Assembly (NCBI GenBank): GCA_023957235.1
Contig: JAMLHI010000009.1
Span: forward strand, 24,683-88,682
Direction of reading: 5' to 3'
DNA length: 64,000 bases
Source of the DNA: Chitinophagales bacterium
Lineage (GTDB): Bacteria > Bacteroidota > Bacteroidia > Chitinophagales > JADIYW01
Each line of letters starts with the position of its first letter. Position 1 is the first letter of the stretch. Below are positions 31,901 to 40,900 of the stretch, piece by piece. The notes under the pieces were generated by a model. It did not search any database. It worked only from the letters and a program-made list of their open reading frames with translations, and was not told the origin of the DNA. The position numbers and the translations under genes were made by a program.

Positions 31901-34900
31901 TATTATTTCTGGAAATAAAGCCGAAGATGCAGGTGGCGGTATTTATAATAACAGTACATCTGCCACGTATTTAAATTGTTTGGTCACAGGAAACCTTGCA
32001 GATTATGGAGGAGGTTTTGCAAATATCCAATCATCTCATGTAAAATTGATTAATAATACCATTGCCAGCAATCGAAGTAATAATGGGAGTGCTATGAGAA
32101 ATTCAAACTCAAATCCAGAAATTACAAACTCTCTCATTTATTACAATTCTAATGGAACAATTTCAAACAATGGCTCTTCAAATCCCAAAATATCCTATTC
32201 ATTGATACAAGATAAGTTTGTTGAAACTGATAGCAATATTAATGGCAATTTAGATCCTAAGCTCGTTGCTCCTGCAAATTATGCTAATGCACCTACTATT
32301 GGGGGACAATATACTTTACTAGAAGGTAGTTCAACCCTAGACAAAGGTGACAATTTTGCCTACCAAACATCAGGAGGTAGTATTGCTTTCAATGTTGATT
32401 TAGCAAATAATATAAGAGTATATGATTATAATTATGAAGGTAGGATTGAAATAGGTGCTTATGAATTTGTTATAGCTAATTCCGGCAATACTGATATCAG
32501 TGTAATAAGATATGTAAAACCAAATGGCACAGGCAATGGCACTTCATGGGCTAATGCTTCAGGAGACTTACAAGAAATGATTAATATTTCAAATCGAAAT
32601 GATCAAATATGGATAGCTACGGGAAAATATTATCCGAATAGAAGGATTCAAGAAATAGGCACAATTACTCCCAAAAATAGAGATAACGCCTTTTTACTAA
32701 AAACAGGGATAGCTATCTATGGAGGTTTTGCAGGATTTGAAAATATTTTAAACGATAGAGATATTGAATTAAATCCTACTATTTTATCGGGAGATTTTAA
32801 CAATAACGATAGCATCAGTATCAGTCAAGATAGCATTGTATCTATTTCTTACAAAACTGAAAATGCATATCATGTACTTGTTGGCGCCAATGAGACTCAA
32901 TTCAGCCTTCATGATTTAATTATTGAAGGAGGAAATGCCAATGGTGATGGAGAAGTAAAGGTAAACAATGTCAATATTAGTCGAATTGTTGGAGGATTAT
33001 TTGCTGGTAATGGGATACAAAATATCACTATTTCTAACTGTACTTTTCAGAAAGGCTATGCTAACCATACTGGAGGTGCAATTGATATCGAAAATGGAGA
33101 TAATATAAAAATACTTGACAGTGATATAAAATACAATAGAGCAAATCATGGTGGTGGATTTACTACCAGAAACACTAGCCAATACAACAATTACTATATA
33201 GAAAATACAACGATTTTAGTTAACAATGCCAATAAAGACGGAGGAGGTGTTTTTTGCAGAAGTGGCAATACTAAAATTACCAATACTATCATATCTGGCA
33301 ATACTGCTATGACTGGCATGGGAGGAGGAGTATATGCCTCCAGAATAGAAAAAGGTTCAGATTGTAAAATGACCTTAACAGGATGTCTTGTTACAGGAAA
33401 TGTAGCAGCCACAGCTGGCGGAGGCTTGCGTCTAGCCGTATATTTTTTTGACAAAGCTTTTGAAGAGCCTGAAAAAACAAACATCAATCATTTGACTTCT
33501 GCTGTTCATAGTTGCACCTTCTCTGGAAATCGTGCTGAGAGTGGTGGTGGAATTTCTTTAAAAGAAAAGGGTGGATTACTTGAAATACAAAATTCCATAA
33601 TATGGGAAAATAGTTCTTCTATTAAGGCACACAATACAGATATATTTTTAACCTCCTCTATTATAGATGGAAGTTTTAATGGTAAAAATATTTTTAACAG
33701 AAACCCTTCTTTTATACTAGCTCCTTCTTTCAGTCTAGCACCTTTTACTGGAGGGGATTTTAGAGTACAAGATTGTAGTTATTCTATTAATTTAGGGGAA
33801 AATTCAATAGTCAAAATATTAAAAGACATTGATGGGAACCCTCGAATATATGGAGAAAACATAGATTTGGGAGCTTATGAATCTCCAATAAAAGTTCCTG
33901 TAAAAAATTATAAATATGTCAAGCAAGGAAGTACTGGTGATGGATCTTCATGGGCTAATGCTTCAGGTGACCTTCAAGATATCATCAATAAAAGTGACTG
34001 CAATATTGATATATATGTTGCAAAAGGAACCTATGTACCCATAAGACAAGCAAATAATCCCTATTCTATTACTACCATGAACAGAGATAATGCTTTTGTA
34101 CTAAAGGAGTCAATTAACATTTATGGAGGATTTGCTGGAACTGAAACAGATATTAGCCAACGAGACTTAAGCAATCCAAACAATGTTTCAATACTGAGTG
34201 GTGATTTTCTTAATAATGATTCCGTTTCTGTCGATTCCAACGGAGTACTCAATTATACAAATAATCAAGAAAATGCTTATCACGTTGTCGTCATATCCAA
34301 TAGTAATGGAATAGAATTAAATGGCTTTAAGATTAAAGGTGGTAATGCTAATAATACCAATACAAATACCATCAATAAGATTGGAGTTGATCGTAATAGT
34401 GGAGGAGGAATAGTAGTTAATAGTTCAACAAATATTGATATCAAAAATTGTACTATCGAACACAACATGGCTTCAAATGCTGGAGGAGGAATGTTTTATT
34501 ACGCCTCAAGAAACTTCAATGTACTACATTCTACTATTCAAAAAAATAAAGCTACCTATGGTGGAGGAATTATGACTAGAAATACAGTAAGGTCTGATAG
34601 TAGCAAATATGAAAATTGTAATATTCTATCCAACAATTCTATTGAAGAAGGAGGTGGAATTGCTATTAAGTCAGGGACTTCATATGTAATAAACACAAAA
34701 ATTTGTGGAAACCAATCTCTATCTAGCCATGGAGGTGGAGCTTATGCATACCGCGCACCTCATTCTGAAGGAGTTGAAGCTTTTTTCGTCAATTGTCAGG
34801 TCACTGGAAATAAGGCCAAAGGCAATGGCGGAGGGCTGCGTTTTGCACATCATTTTGATGGTGGTTATGGCTCAGACGATGTATCATGGTATGCTAAGTT

Positions 34901-37900
34901 TTATTTGTATAATACAACCGTTGCAGGAAATATGGCTACTGCTGGTGGAGGTCTGGATGCTTATGGTCGTGGAAGTGGTGCCACAATTGAAATTAACAAC
35001 TCAATTATATGGGGAAATAGCTCTATGATATCTAGCGATAGATGTGTAGTAAACACCAATTATTCCATACTAGATAATCAGTGGAATGGAGATTACAACC
35101 AATATGAATCTCCCCTATTTAAAAATGATCCTTCTTTTGCTACTGCTCCTTTTACACAAGGAGATTATTCCATAGGTCAATGTAGTCCAGCAGTAAATAC
35201 TGGAAATAATTCATATAGTATCATACCTAAATTCGATATTCAAGGAAAAAGCAGATATATAGGAAGTATAGATAAAGGCGCTTTTGAGTATCAAGATGGT
35301 GAAATATTACATGGAATAAAGTGGTATGTCAAAGAAGGGCAATCAGGAGACGGCACTTCATGGGCTACAGCATCAGGAGATTTACAAGCTATCATTAACA
35401 ATGCTACTTGTGGAGATACAATCCTCGTCGCCAAAGGAACATACTTACCTAGTAGAAAAGCAGACCAGCTAAATGTTCTTAGCCCAAATAATAGAGACAA
35501 TGCTTTTGTATTAAAATCTAATATCTCAATCTATGGAGGTTTCATAGGAAACGAAACTAATATTGCTCAAAGAGATCTTACCGATACCCTCAACTACTCC
35601 ATTTTGAGCGGAGACTTTTTAGGAAATGATGGATTGAACCCAGATGCAAATGGATTACCAAATTTTACCAATAATGGTGAAAATGCCTACCACATTTTAG
35701 TATTATCAAATGTAACTAACATTATTTTAGATGGATTCTCTATTAGTGGAGGTAGAGCCACTGAGAACAACTCATTAAAAGTAAACAAAGTAAATATCAA
35801 CAGAAATAGAGGTGCAGGCTTGACAATTAATCAAGCATATAATATTCAAATTGACAATTGTACTTTCCAAAATAGCCATGCATCAGATAATGGAGGGGCT
35901 ATTTATACCGAAAAATCTAAAATTACTATTAAAAACACTAAGGCAATTAATAATAAAGCAGATTACGGTGGAGCTTTAGGACTTAATGATGGGAATTCTG
36001 TTATAACTAATTGTATCATAGAGAAAAATCGTGCTTATCAAAAAGGAGGAGGAATTTATACTACTAAAAACAATCTAATAATAGATTCAAATACAATCAT
36101 CAGTAACCAAGCCCAAGAAGGTGGAGCACTCTTTGCTAATGAATCAGTTACAACAAATTTGAAATATTGTAAAATATCAGGAAATAGAGCAACAGATGGT
36201 GGTGGCGGTGGCATCTATAATAGTAGCTCTTCTAACCTAATAGCACTCAATTCATTAATTACTGGAAATGTTTCAACCAAATCTGGTGCAGCAATAAGAA
36301 ATAACAATACTGCTACTATCATAGGATGTACTATAGCAGGAAACAATTCCTACGACGGCGCAGGTGGGATTCGCAATGAAAATGACAAGTCACAATTAGT
36401 ACAAAACTGCATTATATATGGAAATAATTTAGGAGTTTCAGGAGCGGGGAACTATAAATACTCACTAGTGCAAAGTGGTGTTACCGGAAATACCATTTAC
36501 ACTGAAAATCCCTATTTTGTCAATTTACCACCATACGATACAGCCCCTTTTACTCATGGCGATTTTCACACTTCAGGATGTTGGCCAGTGATTAATAATG
36601 GAAGTGTTGACGGCATTTCAAAATTTATTTTCAATAAAGATTTTGATGGCAATCCTCGAATTAAAAATGACATAATAGATATCGGCGTTTATGAAACAGA
36701 AACACCAAGCCAAAAACTGTATGTTAAAGTTGGTGGTGCGGGCAATCAATCAGGTAGTTCATGGGCTAATGCAATGGGAGATTTACAACAAGCAATTAAC
36801 ATGGTATGTACCGGAGACTCTATCTTCATCGCTGAAGGTAAATATTTCCCTAATCGCAAAGCTAATGCTTTAAATATTATTACTTTAAACGATAGAAACA
36901 ACTCCTTCGTCTTAAAAAACAATATCAAATTATTTGGAGGCTTTAAGGGTACTGAATCTAGTTTATCAGAAAGAGTCATCAGCGGCATTTCGGGCACAAC
37001 ACTATCAGGAGATTTCACTGGAAATGATAGTGCATACTATGATTATAATACAAATAAAATCACATTATTAAATAACGGCGAAAATGCATTTCAAGTTATT
37101 ATAGCATCCGGATTAGAAAATATTATACTAGATGGATTTTTGATACAGGGAGGCAATACAGTAGGAAGTAGTAGTAGTTATAACCTAAAAGGAAATAACA
37201 TCAATAGAAATCATGGAGGCGGAGGACAAATCATAGACAATAAAAACTTTACTTTTAACAACCTGACATTCCAAAGGAATAGAGCCTCTTCTTATGGCGG
37301 TGGGCTAGCTATACGCAATTCTAATGGAACTATGAATAATTGTGAATTCCTTTACAACTTTTCTGACTATGCTGGAGGATTATGGGTAGATAATTCTACT
37401 ATCAATATAAAAGATATTTCTTTAGTTTCAAATACAGTATCAACTGATGGAGGAGGACTAGCTATAGGTACTCAATCATCATTAAACATCACTAATTTAT
37501 TCTCTAATAGCAATTATGCAAGTCAAAATGGTGGAGGAATAAAAGTAAATAATTCAAATGTGAAATGTAACACTTGTAACTTTGCCTACAACCTTGCGAA
37601 AAATGGGTCTGGTGGAGGTGTGATGAATACCACTAACGCTAATCTTAATTTGTCAAATACCAATATATACAATAATACAGCTGGAGATGATCATGGCGGA
37701 GGAGTTTGGAATGGTATCGAGTCTTCATTAACCATATCAAAAGGATTAATAAAAAATAATATAGCAGACAATGAAGGTGGAGGTCTTTATAACTACTCAA
37801 ATAGTACAGCATATTTAAAGTATGTAGAAATTACTGATAATACTGCATACAGAGGTGGGGGAATAGCAACTTCTGGGAATGGAACTGAACAAAACAGTGG

Positions 37901-40900
37901 AACAAGCTTAGGCTCTGCTGTCTCTTATAATGGTGGATATACATCAGTAACAAACAGTTTAATAGCCAGAAATTTAGCTAGAAAAGACGGAGGAGGAATA
38001 TTTAATAATTTCAGTTCCAAAACAGATATAGTCAATGTGACCGTAACAGCTAATACTGCGGATAATGGCGGAGGTATATATAATGATGCTGAAAAATGTC
38101 CTCCAATTCCTAATATTGGACAATATTACAAATGCTCTGACGACATAAGCACTTCTATTATAAAAAATAGTATAGTATGGGGAAATATAGTTACTAATAA
38201 TGGAGTTGGAATATATGAAGGTGTTTCTAATTATAGTTCTAAAATAGAAAATTCATTTATTGAAGGAAATAAAAATTGGTCAGATGGAAATATCAATACG
38301 GCTTATATAACACCTGAGTTTAAGAGTTTTGAAACTGGAGATTATACTTTAGTTGGCTCTAGTCTTTGTGTCAATAGTGGAAGCAATAGCTATCAATCGG
38401 GAAATGTAGATTTATTAAATCAGCCTAGAGTAGCATTTACTTATATAGACATGGGGGCTTACGAATATCAACAAGAACCTAATCAAGAAAATATTCGTTT
38501 TGTACGTCAAGGAGCTACAGGTGATGGAACCACTTGGGATAGAGCATCTGGAAATATCCAAGCAATGATTAATTCTCCTGGTGTTCGCCAAGTATGGGTA
38601 GCAGAAGGAACTTATATTCCAAGTGGAAATGGATTTATCTTAAAAAACTACGTAACAATTTATGGAGGTTTTCCTAATACCGGAAACCCATCGCTCAGCA
38701 GTCGAAACTGGGATACATATCCAACTATTTTATCTGGAAATAATATCAATAGAGTGGTTTACAATAATTTTACGGTCAATGACTCTCTCAATTCAACAGC
38801 TATTTTAAATGGATTTATTATAAAAGATGGCAACACCAATGGAAATGGTGGAGGAATGTACAATAATAATGCATCACCAAAAATAGAAAATGTCACTTTT
38901 GTCAATAATAGTGCCACTGGAGGACTAGGAGGAGGAGCTGTATATAATTCAGCATCAAATCCTATATTCAAAAATTGTATTTTCAAAGAAAATATCACTA
39001 CCGCAAATGGTGGGGCAATGTTTAATGAGCAATCTAATCCATTGATCATAAACGGATTAATTTTCTCAAATTCAGCAACTGGAGGAAGTGCAATAGCTGC
39101 TATTAATAACTCTACTTATCAACTAGTCAATACGACTATAACTAAAAATATATCTACTGCAGGAGATGTAATATTCAATGATGGGGCAAACACTGAAGCA
39201 AAAATCTTCAACTCAATAATATATAACAACCCTGACATTAATAATAATTTTACACCGAATATAGTCAATGATCAAAATGGAGCAAATACAACTGCACAGC
39301 ATTCATTAATACAATTTGGATTCCAAGGTATTGGGGTCATATCTTCTGATCCATTATTTACAAATCCTAATATTAATGACTTCTCACTTCAAGAAATGAG
39401 CCCTGCTATTAATAGTGGAAATAATCAATCTTATACTCAAACAGGTCAAGTATTAGAGGCTGATATAGACTTAAAGTGTCAAAATAGATTGATGGATTCT
39501 ATAATTGATATAGGAGCTTATGAGTTCAAAGCAGATATTGTCCCTATCAGATATGTAAAAGTTGGCGGAACTGGTAACGGAAAATCCTGGTCTGATGCTT
39601 CGGGTAATTTACAAAGCATGATTGATGCTAGAGGTGTTGAAGAAGTTTGGGTTGCAGCAGGAATCTACACTAGTCCTATTAGTGGATTTAGATTAAAAAA
39701 CAATGTAAAAGTATATGGCGCTTTCCCTTCTACTGGCAACCCTGAATTTTCTGACAGAAATATTCAATTAAATACTACTATCTTATCTGGAGAAACCACT
39801 AGAAGAATCTTCAATAACAATTTCGAAACAACACCTGAACTTGACAATTCAGCGGTTTTAGATGGCTTCACCTTGAAAGATGGATATTCAGCCGAAAATG
39901 GAGCAGCCATGTATAATTTCAATGCCTCACCTACCTTGTCTAATCTTATATTTACCAATAACTTAACCACTTCAGAAGGAGGAGCCTTATATAACTTACA
40001 ATCTAATCCAATCATTGAAAAATGTAAATTTATTTCAAATTTAGCTACAACCAAAGGAGGTGCAATTTGCAATATTACTTCTGAACCTATCATCACTAAT
40101 TCATTATTTATTCAAAATAATTCTGCTAGCGGAGGTGCAATATTTGCAGCAAATGGCTCTTCATATAAAATTACAAATAGTACTTTTAGCCAAAACACCT
40201 CTCCTTTAGGAACACTTTATCACTATGGTTCAGCAACTCAACCACAAATATATAATAGTATCTTCTATGGCAACAGTTCTGCAATTATAGAAGAAGATTC
40301 TTCTATAACTATCAAGGTCAATAATATTATTGAAGGAATAAATAGCGATAGCCTCAACTTTGATTTTGACCCAATGTTTGTAAATCCTTCCTTAGGCGAT
40401 TATACTTTACAACAAGGGAGTTCTGCAATAAATCAAGGAGAAAACTCGTGGATAATAAATGATTTGGAAGAAACAGAAATACTTAAAGACTTAGATTTGC
40501 ACCCAAGAATTTATGACTATTCTAATGGTGGAATTATTGATCTAGGAGCTTATGAATATCAAGGAAATACTAATTTTCCTATTCGTTATGTAAAAACAGA
40601 TGGCAAAGGAAATGGTAGCTCTTGGGGCAATGCAGCTGGAAGTCTGCAAGCAATGATGAATGCAAAAGATGTACAACAAGTATGGGTGGCTGAAGGAACT
40701 TATATCAGTGAAAATGATGGATGGCTATTAAAAAACAATGTAACCGTCTTAGGAGGTTTTCCTAACTCTGGAAATCCTCAAATTGAAGACAGAAATTGGA
40801 GTCAACATCCAACCGTTTTATCAGGAAATCATCAAAAAAGAATTTTTAATCATACAGGAATAATTACTAATAATGACTCAGATTCAATTACGATAAATAT